NCBI GenBank assembly: GCA_024137785.1
Contig: JAHRHZ010000087.1
Coordinates: forward strand, 19,510,029-19,574,028
Direction of reading: 5' to 3'
Length of the DNA stretch: 64,000 nucleotides
From: Ginglymostoma cirratum
Lineage: Eukaryota
Shown here: positions 27,656 through 39,203 of the stretch, piece by piece
Position numbering within the stretch: the stretch's first letter is position 1
Layout of the letters: each line of letters starts with the position of its first letter
The notes under the pieces: model-generated
What the model saw: only the letters and a program-made list of their open reading frames with translations
Told to the model about the DNA's origin: nothing
Database searches by the model: none
Translations under genes and position numbers: made by a program

Positions 27656-28223
27656 TTTTCATATCCATGTAAAAATGCCTATCAACATACAGGTTAAAAA
27701 GAAACCGAACCAATTGTAGTCCAATGAAAACCCTGTTGACAGGATTTTAGAGTTTTAGCTCTTTAGACAGAGTTCTAAAGACCATACGTGGCAGTGTTTT
27801 ATGTAGTAGTTTTCTAGTTTTCAGGCTACTGGAAAAGCTTGCTCATTTCTGGATTAGTAGTGGTATGGAATGATATTGTGCAGTGGAATTGAATCTAAAG
27901 CCTTATTTAGTATTTTCGTAGATGTTCTTTTCTTAAACCAGATACAAAATGTACAACTGAACAGAGGGACAGTGGCTTATTTAAGTACAGTACCAGTATG
28001 TTGCGACAAAATAATAATGGGCTGTGTAATTAAACTTGGCACAACTGCAAGTACCACCTGCTGCACAAAGCACTTTGTGTACAGCAGTTTCCAAAAGTAC
28101 CAGCATAAATAAATCCATGATGTGTCATTAAAGAAATACTACTACATTCAGTCTTTCTGTCTCATGCTCTCCCTTGATTCTACTGTAGTCACATTTCCAC
28201 TGCAGAGAAGTACTCTAATGTTA

Positions 28224-28225
<2 letters not shown>

Positions 28226-28255
<30 letters not shown>
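28226..28255. repeat. (GT)15 microsatellite
   Basis: Directly visible. Confidence 0.95.
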
Positions 28256-28257
<2 letters not shown>

Positions 28258-28909
28258 ACGCATGCATGCTTGTGTGTGCTTGGCTTGAGTTTCTAGTAGA
28301 GCGGCGTAGGGAGGGCTGTATGTGTAATACTTTTGAAGCTTTAGTTTGCAGTGCAAGAAAATCTTCCACCTAAAACTCCTTGGGGTCCTGAAGACTCTGG
28401 TCCTTGCAGTTTGTCGGCATCAAAGATCTGAAATGTCTTTTGTTCACTTATTTTTATAGTATAATTGGACATATGGACAGCATTGTCATAACCTATGTTT
28501 TTGGGGGTTATTTGTCTAAGTTAACTTGACAGAATTTTAAAAATTTAACCATGTAGATTCAAATTAGGGACTCATCGTTCTGTATGTTGCTTGAATTGCA
28601 GGGTATAGTATTTTTGTATTGCTAATGTAAATTGTGATTTAAAAGTCAGTTTTTGTTTTTGTTTTTAATGGTGAAGCTGGCATTTCCAACAGTTTGTAAA
28701 CTCCTAAAATGTTTGTCATGTTAACATTCTTCCTTTTAATCAACTTGAAATCATGACGGTTAGACAGGGAATCACAGCCTAATATTTGCAGTCATTCTCC
28801 AGGCAGAAGTTTGTAAAGAGTTTGAAACTGACAATTTGTAAGTTTTTATTAAAATCTTACTCTGGTTTTTCCCTTTGATTTTAACTCCACAGCAACTGCA
28901 GGAACCAAG

Positions 28910-29042
28910 ATAGTAGGAACTGCAGAATCTGAGATAACAAGGCATAGAGCTGGATGAAGAAGGGTCTAGGCCTGAAAGGTCAGTTTTCCTGCTCCTCTGA
29001 TGCTGCTTGGCCTGCTGTGTTCATCCAGCTCTACACCTTGTT
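28910..29042. mobile_element. Short Penelope-derived element with partial inverted arms
   Basis: AACAAGGCATAGAGCTGGATGAA ... TTCATCCAGCTCTACACCTTGTT. Degenerate flank duplication AACTGCAGGAACCAAG / AACTGGAGAAACAAG. Confidence 0.8.
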
Positions 29043-29129
29043 AACTGGAGAAACAAGTTCTTTTTTGTAACTTAGAGTAGTAATCAAATGTGGTTAGGTT
29101 ACAAAATTTCTGACCAACATAAAAGGCTT

Positions 29130-30232
29130 TCATTTTTCTCAAAAGCATCTTTCACAACTACTGGATGTTCAAAATCACTTTATATCAAATACTTTTGAAG
29201 TAAAGTCATGGTTGTAACATCTCAACAACAGCGAATCTAGCCATTGTCCTTTTGAAATTCAGTGGCATTACTGTTGATTGTGGGGGATTCAGCAATGTCC
29301 TGAGGGGTTACCATTGGCCAGGAGCAGAAATTGAACGCTATAAAGATACTGTGGCTGCAAGACCAGGTCATTGGCTGGAAATTGTTATTCCTCTATTTTT
29401 TCTGCCGTACCTGTCCTCCATCTCAAAGGCACACAGGAGTGCAATGACTTGTCTGGATGCATACAGCTCCAAAGACGACGACAAGCTGTTTCATCATCCA
29501 GGGCAAAGCAGCCAGCTCGATTGTCATCTCATGCACTGCTTTCAGCACTTGCAAAGGGAGCAATATGTGCTATCTACACTTATAGTTGCTAGTCAAACCT
29601 TCTTGAACATTTAGCTTCCAAATTTGTGTCCTCTACATGTGATGTAGGAACACCAGATGCCTGGGAACATTGCCACCTACAAGTTCCCCTCCAAGCCACG
29701 TGCCCTGCTCTGGCTAAGAACTTGATTGCTGTTCCTTTTGTCACTACGTCAAAGTCCTGGAAATCCCTTCCTAACTTTGGCTGTACTAACTATATCACAC
29801 GGACTGCAGCAGATCAACAAGGTGATTTAAGTCACAATCTCAAGCAATTGGGGTTGGGTATCGAACTTTGGACTACTGATGATTCCCATATTCTGCGAAC
29901 TAACTTTCAAAATAAACACATCTCCTGCAATGATCAGTGTAGTAAAGATTTGATCTGTTTTATGATAATTGAGATAAATATTGGTTGGGATATTGGAGAG
30001 AACTCCCAAGCTCCCCTTCAAAACAGTGCCACAAAATGTTTTTAATCCACCTAATTAGGCAGACAGAGCCTTGGTTTAGCATTTTTGTCAGAAGGATAAT
30101 ACATCCAGGTGGATCAGTGCTGTACTGAGGTTTCTATTTTTGATTTCTGTGCTTGAGACCTGGCGTGAATTTTTAACCCTAAAACCTTGTGATGCTTAGG
30201 CTGGGGTTGCTACCAGTGAAGCCACAGCTGCC
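29130..30232 (-). mobile_element. Deu-domain (SacSINE1-like) SINE split by a LINE fragment
   Basis: Tail-like segment at 29130-29220 and body at 29925-30232 (ATAAATATTGG..GGAGAGAACTCCC..CTTCAAAACAGTGCCA..ATCCACCT..GGCAGACAGAGCCTTGGTTTA). Family name is from recalled consensus. Confidence 0.55.
29224..29917 (+). mobile_element. LINE (CR1/L2 group) 3' fragment
   Basis: The degenerate ORF2 end (TIYKAH.RSAM..YSP.AWM-like) is followed by a tail related to SINE family A. Flanked by ACATCTC duplicates at 29217 and 29918. Confidence 0.6.
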
Positions 30233-31711
30233 ATCAGTTTTCACATCCCAGTAGTTGGTGTTTTCTATTTGTTGCTAATGCTCCTAAAGAATAAATAATT
30301 TGATTGGGGAACCAGTGGTCTATGATTATCATTCATGGTGACAAAGGAAATTTATGAACTCTCTCTCTGCTATTCTATCCTTGTTTCTAAAAAAGCAGAA
30401 GAAGGATTCTGAGGTGATTCTTGGCGGGGAGGAAGGGAGCCAAGTTATTATCTTTGTTCTGTGTCATTCTAGACTTGTGTGGTTTTAGCAGAAAGTGTAT
30501 GCACATATTGTCTGTTAAATATTCAAATCCGAGCCTGTCAGACTTGAGTGGGCATAGGGTGGAGTAGCCCAGTTTGAGGAATAACTGGGCTGCCGATTGA
30601 TTTTGCTGGGAGCAAAGTTTCCAACTTTGGAAGAGAGAGATCAAATGAGTAGCTGTAAGGATGTTGTGGCAAGTGGTGGGTCAAAGGCTTGCAGTTCAAG
30701 GCTCAAGAAGTGCTGTTGTAAGCTGCACAGAAGGTTTTTTTTTTCTTCCTGGGTGAGTCCTTCAAGGAAGTGGTTGTTAGTCTTGTTTCAGTCATGATCA
30801 TTGAGAAAGAATTCTTTGACAATTATAGTGCCCAACCCTACAGTGCAGGTAGATACTGAGCTACCTTTTTTTGTATTACTATGAATAGATTTGTTTCCAA
30901 CAAAATAATTTCGACACAAATTGTTTATGGCCCATTTGAATCGAACAGTAATCGCTAATGGTTGCATCTCCTTTTACTGAAGGAAACTGATTTTTCTTTG
31001 TATCTCAAATGTATACAATTCTCTCCTCTGTGGTCTACTCTTTACTGTATCAAATGGATTGCTATTGCTCCCAGGGTACTTACAATTCCCTGATCACTTT
31101 ATTTTGTCTACAGTTAACAATAGCATTTGGCAGTGACAGGATTTTTTTTAAAATTTAGAAGAGCTACTAAAATAGCCATTTCACGGAAGCTCGAGAAATT
31201 AAGTTGAGTGTTAAAAATGTTGTGGAGAAAGAGTGCTGAAAATCTGTTAAATCCAAACTGATGAACCTTGTAGAGTTTTAATACCATGCCACCATGTGGC
31301 AACAGTGTATTTTTTTTTGAGAAATGCAAATGGCTGGATATTGCCCGTAAGATCCAGGTGATTTTTGTGATCTTTTTGTTGTCCATGTGTTGAGGGATGA
31401 ATGGACAGGGAGAGATTGTTGATTCAAGGAAGCATGTAATGTGGAAGTGGCAAAGTTGGCGAAGATCGGTGTTCTTTCTTAAAGCGCCTGCACGCTGGTC
31501 AAATCAGTTATGACCGTATGTTTTGCACAGCTATTGCGTGTGGTGTTCCAGAGGGGTTGGAAACTGAGCCTTGTCTTTTCGAAAAACCAGCAGCAAAACA
31601 TTGACCCAGATTTTGCGGTCAGGGTTGAATAAATTGTGCCAAATATTCAGTTACGTTTACGTACTAAACGTTGGTTTTGCCATTTCTAATCAGACAAAGG
31701 TGTTAGGGGTT

Positions 31712-32070
31712 AGGCAGTGGCAAAGTGAGGTCATTGGATTAATAATCCAGAGCGCCAAACTAATGGGGGACTGGTGTTCGAATCCCATGTGGAAATCTGA
31801 AAGCAATAAACATCTGAAATTAAAAGCTGGCCTAATGGTAACCATGTAACAATTGTTCTTTATTGAAACAGATTTTTTTCAATGTAAAAATAATATTTTT
31901 TTGAAGAAATAAAATCTTGTTAAGGTCTGGTCAAGATGTGATTTCAGACCCCTCTGAGTGGCTGTGAAGTAGCCCAGCACAGGCATTTTAAGAGGACTAT
32001 TTGTCCAGAGGATGATACATGCTGGCCTTGTCAATGATGCCCACGTTTTGTACAAGAATAAAAAAAGATT
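31712..32070 (+). mobile_element. tRNA-derived SINE family A (degenerate)
   Basis: TAATCCAGAG..GGGGACTGGTGTTCGAATCCCA head and ATGCTGGCCTTGTCAATGATGCCCAC..GAATAAAAAAA tail. Confidence 0.65.
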
Positions 32071-33141
32071 TGAATAGGACAGATAACTATGCATCTCGTT
32101 AACAGGTCAGATTGAATATTTTAAATCTTCAATTCAGAATCTAAGCAAGATAGTGTAAATCAAACATGTTTATATCATGAGAAATGAAAGAGCAAGTGAG
32201 AAAGATAGAGTGAAGTGAATTTTCTTTTTAAATTCTCCAACAACCATTTAATCCTGAAGGGTTGGACTCCTGTCCCAGATCCTCCATTCCTCAGATTCTG
32301 TCTCTAAGGTTGGATGCAAGCTGGAAGGTGTGTCTCAGGAACCCCTTAAAGTCATGACCCCTGATAATTTGCTGAAATTGCATGGGAAGTTTTAACCTCT
32401 AAAGACCTGATTTTTCTGCGGCCTTGAACCCTCCTTTTGAAATCTAACCCCTGAGTTCAAGGTCAGAATCTTGTGCCAGAAATGTGAGAGACCCTGGATA
32501 TTTACTGTGAAAATTTTAGGCTGGTTAATAGCTAGTCATAACTCTAATTAGCCAGAAAAACTGAAATGAGGAGTGCAGCAATCTCGGATTGTTGCCTGGG
32601 AGGGGGATGGAGTCATCAACCAGGATGGAGAATTCCCATGCTTAATAGCAACTCTGATGTCAGAATTCTCATTACCATGTTTTAACTTAGAGCAGCTAAG
32701 CATGTATAGGATTTCCACTTGAATGCCAGTGACTACTAAGGCTCACCATTATTTGAGTGTGAAATGCAGTCCGATGAGTCGAAAGGAAAATAGAGACAGA
32801 CACCCAGCTCTCCAATTTTAGCAAAACAAATGCATATAGAAATGAATGTTAACTCAGTTTCAAACTAGACTGCTTTCAAAACAGCCTGTCAAAGAGCAAC
32901 TTCCTTTTTGGATTGTCGATTTCTTATTGTTCTTTATGTTCCTGACATTTGCATTGCAGTGTAAAGCAGTTACACACGTTTGTGCTAAGTGTCTTTATGA
33001 ATTGGAACTGTTTTTCTATTCATTACTATTTTTAGCACCAGAGCATAATACTGAACTATTTTTTTTTTGTTGTATCATTATTAATGGGCTAAATGGTGAC
33101 AATTTTAATCTTACTTTGAATGTTGTGTATTCTGCTTTCAG

Positions 33142-33292
33142 CAATTGAAACCCCTACATCTGTAAGTACAAGGATAGAAGAAAAGCAAGCTTTTGACATT
33201 GAAATTGAAATTCTAAAGCTTTATTTGTCTCAAATAATGTGGTAAGAATAAAATTTCAAGACCTCCAAGAAAGAACATCTGAAGAAGAGCCT
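33142..33292 (+). other. ZNF217: Probable 5'-UTR part of the first coding exon
   Basis: Acceptor TATTCTGCTTTCAG ends at 33141. The in-frame stop at 33206 prevents the main frame from extending upstream. Confidence 0.6.
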
Positions 33293-35003
33293 ATGCCTTG
33301 GTTTACTGATAAACCCACACGTGAATTTGTGATGAAGTCTACTGAGAGCACAATAACGAAAACATCTGAGGATGTCAAAGATGATGTGAACTTAACACTT
33401 GATGAATTTTCGAACCCAAAAAAGTCTGTTGAACACCATTGCTCAATTTGTGACCAGTGTTTTCCTTTTGATAGTCTTTTAACTCAACATATGCACATGC
33501 ATTCAAATGAAAAGCGTCCATTTTGTGATCGTAGGATTTCCCAGAAAGCAAATTTGAAAATACATCTTCAAAAGCACAAAGTGGACCATTTGCAGCAGGG
33601 TAGAAAATCTGGAAGAAATAAGGCCACTCTATCTACAAGCTTTGAAATCCCAAATGCTCTGTCTAATAGAATTTGTCCGAATGATGTTGAAATCAATGAG
33701 ATTGATGTGAAGCCAATAAATGGTGTTGCTTTGACCCTGGATGCTTTGGAAGGAAATACTGCAGTTCATGCTGAAGAGCTTCCACTTCTGCCTTGTATGT
33801 TTTGCAATAAAGGCTTTCAACACTCTGAAGAACTCCGTCACCATGTAGTAGTTCAGCACAGGCCCACGCTGTGTGAGCCTGCAGTCCTCCGAGTAGAGGA
33901 GGGTTTGAGTCCTATGGTAGAGACACACATTACAGCAAGTTCTCCAGAACAGGAGATTCATGATGAAGGTGAAGATGGTGAACTCAGCTGTAAAGTGTGT
34001 GGACTGTCTTGTGAGAGTGCTGTGAGTCTGGAAACTCACATGAGGAAACACAAGGATTCATTTATCTATGGTTGTAACGTATGCGGCCGACGCTTTAAGG
34101 AGCCTTGGTTCCTTAAAAACCACATGCGAACGCATTCGAGTAAAGCTAGGGGAAAATCTCAGCCAGATTCAGAAGGTCCTGCAACAATCAACAATGTCAT
34201 CATGCAGGAACCATTTTCTGGAAATGTTGTATCTCCTTATAAAATGTGCATGGTTTGTGGATTTCTTTTTCCCAATAAAGACAATTTGAAGGAACATAGT
34301 AAAGTTCACAACAAAGACATGCCTGATGATGATAGAATGGATGATTGTTCCTTAAATCAAGAAATTGTGGTACCACAGGAGGCATTCCTGCAAATGCTAC
34401 ATTTACGTCCCCTCTTATCACAAAATTGCAAACCTGTGAAACTTGGAAAATGGATACCCGAACTTGATCCCTTTAATACGTACCAGGCCTGGCAGCTGGC
34501 CACCAAGGGTAAAGTGGCAGTTGGCCGAGAGAACGTGAAAGATCCAGGGCAAATAGCCAACTCTGAGAATGAAGAGGAGCCCTCGGACAAAGAGGATTCC
34601 AGCGAACATTGGACCTCAGATAAAGGCCATCATGGTGCTACCATGGAGACCCTTGACAAGGCTAAAATCAAAAGCAGCAGTTTAGGCCAGAGTGGGCCAC
34701 CCACTGTGGTTGATGTTGATATTGAACCAAAATTGACCCAGAATAAAACCAAACCAACCAACTGTACAATGTGTGGTAAGATTTTTAGAACCTACCATCA
34801 ATTAGTGCTCCACTCCAGAGTACACAGGAAAGGCAGGAAAAGTGTAGAGAATCCTCCAAATTCGGTTGATATCAGTGAAGCTGGCACTCAATCCATTGAT
34901 TCCGTTAAAACGATTGAAGACCATAACCCAGAAACGGACAAACCTGAGGAGGGCTCTGAAGAGGGATCAGAAGATGGAGTACTAGGAGAAGGACTTTCAT
35001 CAG
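33293..35003 (+). CDS. ZNF217: ZNF217 coding exon 1 (extra N-terminal ZF pair, then ZF1-ZF5 of human numbering)
   Basis: The translation contains ZNF217-diagnostic strings: CMFC...QHRPTLCEPAVLRVE, HKDSFIYGCNVCGRRFKEPWFLKNHMRTH, SPYKMCMVCGFLFPNK, ELDPFNTYQAWQLATKGKVA and KPTNCTMCGKIFRTYHQLVLHSRVH. ATG 33293 is the first in-frame ATG after the in-frame TGA at 33206-33208; ATG 33332 is an alternative start with a better -3 base. Donor CAG|GTAGGA after 35003, phase 1. Likely acceptor TCTGCTTTCAG| ending at 33141. Confidence 0.93.
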
Positions 35004-38000
35004 GTAGGAGGGTTATACACTTATTGGGGTGCTTTCTCAAATTTGCTAATTCTCACTTTTCAAAATTTGAAGGTCCCTGTTGAGTCTCTTTGTTTAGTCT
35101 TGGATAAGAATCTGTGCTAACCTCTGACACGGTATCTCACCCAGAAAATCCAAATTTTGGGTGATGCTGTGGTATATTTAGTAACATTTCACAAAATTGA
35201 GTTATCTTTCCTTGTTCTGTATCGTTCTAAAATTATATCCCAAAGAAATATTTTTCTTGGTAAAAATGTAATTGAATTCTCCCTAAATAGTACATCCTGA
35301 AGGCCAATGGGTACCCAATAAATTGTATTATTTTTAAATAAGAGGTGAGATTATTGTGCTGCAACATTTAAAGGACTTCAGTAAATTGTTATTCTTAGAC
35401 TCCTTTTTGATTATTCCTTGCTATTCATTTCAAATTCAAATATAGATAATTGCAGTTGGAATATATTGCTTTAAGACTTCTCATTGTTTTGTTTCATTTC
35501 AAATGCTCTTTATATTATTGGCTTAATGATATAACTTCTAAACATTTATAATTAACACACATCCTCATTGAACGTTTGAGTTTCCAAGATTAAATTTTTA
35601 GCCCAAAGTAGGGGTGAATTTTTACTTAACATTTTGGAGAGATTGAAATTCTCCCTCCTGTTTTCTTATCATAGAATTGTCAGGTCAGAGAGACTGGTGC
35701 CAGGCTTGTCACAAACAAAGTAGCACAAAAGAAGCAGGAATGTATTTTTCTTGAATTGTGAGCTGCTTTTGTAGTATTCTGTGGTTCCATGAATGAGTAG
35801 GTTTGCATCAAGTCAAGTTTTGACTTCAGCGAGCAGGTGATAAGTACAAAGAGTTTTGATTTTTTTGACAAAGTCAGTAATCAATTTTTACATGAAATCG
35901 ACCATTATTTGAGGTTATATAGTAATTAAAACCAGCTTTGCTTAAAAATCTTGTATACCCCATTACAGTTTCAATTGGTTTCTCTGTGTATGAGGAAGGG
36001 TCTAAACCATTTATTTAAAATCCAATTTGTGGGATTTGATCAACTATGTAATGAATATGCTTGGTGTTGCGAACTTTTGGTTTTGAATTTTTTTAAAACA
36101 ACTTATATTATTCGAATGAGTACAGATTGCTTCCATAAGGTCGTGAGGAAAGGAAAAGAGCTTACATGACATTTTGCAAAAGCAGCAGCTTTTCTTTTCA
36201 CTACGCAAGTAGCTCAGTATGACTACTCTGCTCTTTTTTTTTGAAAAGAGGCATAATGTAGCTAAATTATGCTGTTTTTAAGTAAAATTTTATTGCTGTT
36301 TAAAGCTAAACTAAAAAGTCTAGTGTAATGTTGTTCTGATGCCTTTGAAGTATGGGATAAATACATTGAAAACAGCACTTGAAATAAACTGGTGTTCCCT
36401 ATTTGTATCCTATGCATGCTACAAACTTGAGCAGATGGAGCAGCTGGTTGTGAGTAAGTGAAGGGTTTCTGTCTATGCAATAACTGAAAAATGTAGCTTC
36501 AACAAAAGCCGATAAAATACTTCAAAGAGCAAATTAATATGCAAAATGTAATAAGCATGAAGTTTGTTTGCACCAATTTTTTTTTGGCGCGCACACACTT
36601 ACGGGGGACATCTCAGTGGATCCGATAATGGCCAGCATGGTCTTCATGAGTGTAAGATATGAAGACATACCATCTTCCTTGGGTTATTTTGCTTCTGCAC
36701 CACTTTTCCCTGCAAGAGAGGAGAAAGTTTGTTCATGAGTGTGGTGCATTGTATTTGGGTGATGTGGCTGGCTGTGGTGTGAGTGAGTGTATAGTGACGC
36801 CCATGTGTGTTAATAGGGGTTGTTTGTTGGGAGAGTGAAGAAGTGGTGAATTGAACAATGACCGAGGCTAATGGTGCTGGTATAACAACATTTGAAAATA
36901 CGTTTGCTGACCTTGACCAATGGTGTAAGACTGATCTATTTCGGGACCACTTCCAGGCCACTGGGACTAGATTTTTGCATCAACCTTCATGATTATCAGT
37001 TTCCACTGTATCCTGGGTGACTTCTGGCTTCTGGATACAGGATATCTTTCAATTTTCTATCGTTTCCTCAAGGTACTATAATATAAATCACCAAAGTCCT
37101 GAATCCTGTTTCTACAGTATGCCATTATTTAATGGTCCTCAAGTGAGATTCAGTTTATGCACCTGTCCTTTAAGCAGTGTCAGCTACTTGTGCTATTTTG
37201 TCTCTTCTCATATGTCTACCATTCAACAGCATGGTTAATTTGGGCTGGATGTTGAAATAATTGAAATGTGCAGAAATTTGGTATGCAGCTTGTGTTGCAG
37301 TCACTGGGTGTTGGTCAGTTTTGCAATATAAATTACGCACGTCATTTTGCAAGGACTTTGGAATTTACTACCTCCCCTGATAACTTGGGCGTAGAATATC
37401 TATGGCAGAGTAAATTTTTGAGGACTACCCACTGCCACCTGATTAGTTGCAAAATGCATGTGGAAGGGTTTGCCAACATGGCATGCTGCTGGTACATGGA
37501 TATGTTGCCATGCGCAATGCCTGATTTCATTTCATTTAGTGTGAGTACAATCTAATTGCATCTTGGTTGAAGTGCTACTGTTTGAACTGCTGTGCTTCCC
37601 ATGAATTGTTTTACCCAAAAATTTGAAGCTGGTAGCTAATTTTGGTCATGTGACAGTGTCAATTGAATGTAATCTGATTGCTTCCATGTGTTTTACAGTA
37701 ATTGTATGAAAGCAAATGACAGACCACGATGAATAAAACAACCACTTCCACCTAGATGAGAATAGTGTTTTATTTGGATATGCTTGGAAACTTCTTGACA
37801 TCTTTACTGTAAAGATGCCAGAAATGGCTTGTTTGGCATTATTCTAATGACACAATCAAACTGAAATTAATTTCAATCAGTTTGAGGTTGAAACTGCCTT
37901 GAAACTGCAATTTTATAATGACTGGTGAAACTGACCAACTCCTAAACATTCACATTAGGGCAGTGACTGAGCAGACTTTTGCTGGTTAATTTCATTGCTT

Positions 38001-38939
38001 CAGGTAGTGCACCCTTTCTAATTGTCTTTGCTTACATTCTTCCACCTTTTTTTTGGATTATTTGACAATTTCTTTTAACTTTATTCATTGCTCAAGAATA
38101 AAAATTTAAAGCTGCATACACTAGGATTTTGAAAAAGCACTTGTGCATGTTTTCTGCTTTGTTCCTCTTTGAAGGTAGTCCCTTCGAAGGTCAATTTCCA
38201 TGTTACTTGCAGACCATTGCTTGCCAGTACTGCTGTAAGGAATATAATCTTAACGGTTTTTCAGGATTGGGCGCATCTACCGTAACTCTACACAAATTAG
38301 TGTTTGGATTTAGACCTGGAATTTAATTTGTGCATTCTTTACATATTTTCTAACTTTCAATATGGAAAGCTACTTAGCTTATTTGCAAGCACATGTTTGC
38401 TGTCTGATACAACAGTAGAATTGCACCATCTAGTGTAGTATTAATTTTTTACATGAGAAGCATTTTTCGTTTTTTTTTCCCAAACTGCTGATACCCTAGA
38501 AATGCACTTGACATTGCATTGCAGGCATTGATAATGTGACCTTCAACTCCATAAATGTCAGACTATGATTACGGTGATGCCTATGTACTCTTGAACATTC
38601 TGCCCTGATTTTTGCATTTTAAAAAATGCCTTTCAATTTTAAGGACATGCAGAATTGTGGAGAATCGTATGGAATACCACAAAAGAGAACTGCAGCTTGT
38701 AGCAAAATGACCACAATTAATACAAATCACACCGTGCCATATTCCTTCCTTACCATTGTGCTCTCACTGCTGTTTCATGTTGTGAAACTAAATTGAAGTT
38801 GCACGCCAAGAATAAGGCCTGGAGTTTTGCTCCCGAGGTTGCCCGCACAATCTCAGTTATTTCCTGGCTTGCCAAACCTGCCTTGGTTGAAAATATGCCA
38901 AATAGTGGATCTTTGAGGCAGCAGCTTACAATGGAGTAA

Positions 38940-39203
38940 GGGCAAAGCGATGACTCAGTGGTTAGCACTGTGGCCTTGCAGCACCAGCGACCCAAGTTCA
39001 TTTCAGGCTCAGGTGACTGTGTGGAGTTTGCATGCTCTTCCGCTGTCTGTGTGGGTTTGCTCCCAGGTGCTCCGGTTTCTTCCCGCAGTCTGAAGATGTG
39101 CAGGTTAGATGGATTGGCCATGCTAAATTGCCCATAGTTTCCCAGGCATGTGCAGGCTGGATGTGGATCTGGGTGGGAGCTCTTTCGAGAGTCAGTGTGG
39201 ACT
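38940..39203 (+). mobile_element. HE1-like / V-SINE
   Basis: TGACTCAGTGGTTAGCACTG...GTGTGGAGTTTGCATGCTCT...AAGATGTGCAGGTTAGATGGATTGGCCATGCTAAATTGCCC; homologous to the copy at 25827. Confidence 0.85.

Noticed and set aside
29252-30045. 120-aa and 139-aa ORFs
   Set aside because: They lie in decayed LINE and SINE sequence and are not a host gene.
32231-32634. Possible MITE with AATTCTCCA / TGGAGAATT ends
   Set aside because: Only 9-bp inverted ends and no clear TSD. The GC-richer stretches at about 16190-16560, 49620-50150 and 62600-63700 may be old repeats but could not be assigned.
32768-32790. CCGATGAGTCGAAAG resembling a hammerhead core
   Set aside because: It lacks CUGA, has no stem II and has no pairing flanks.
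33239-33292. ORF-track start at GTG 33239
   Set aside because: Non-ATG start from a prokaryote-style ORF caller. The first in-frame ATG is at 33293.
33629-34609. Antisense and alternative-frame ORFs over exon 1
   Set aside because: Shadows of the coding exon with no recognisable protein.
35004-35083. ORF tail GRRVIHLLGC...
   Set aside because: Read-through past a good donor. Homology resumes in phase at 40926.
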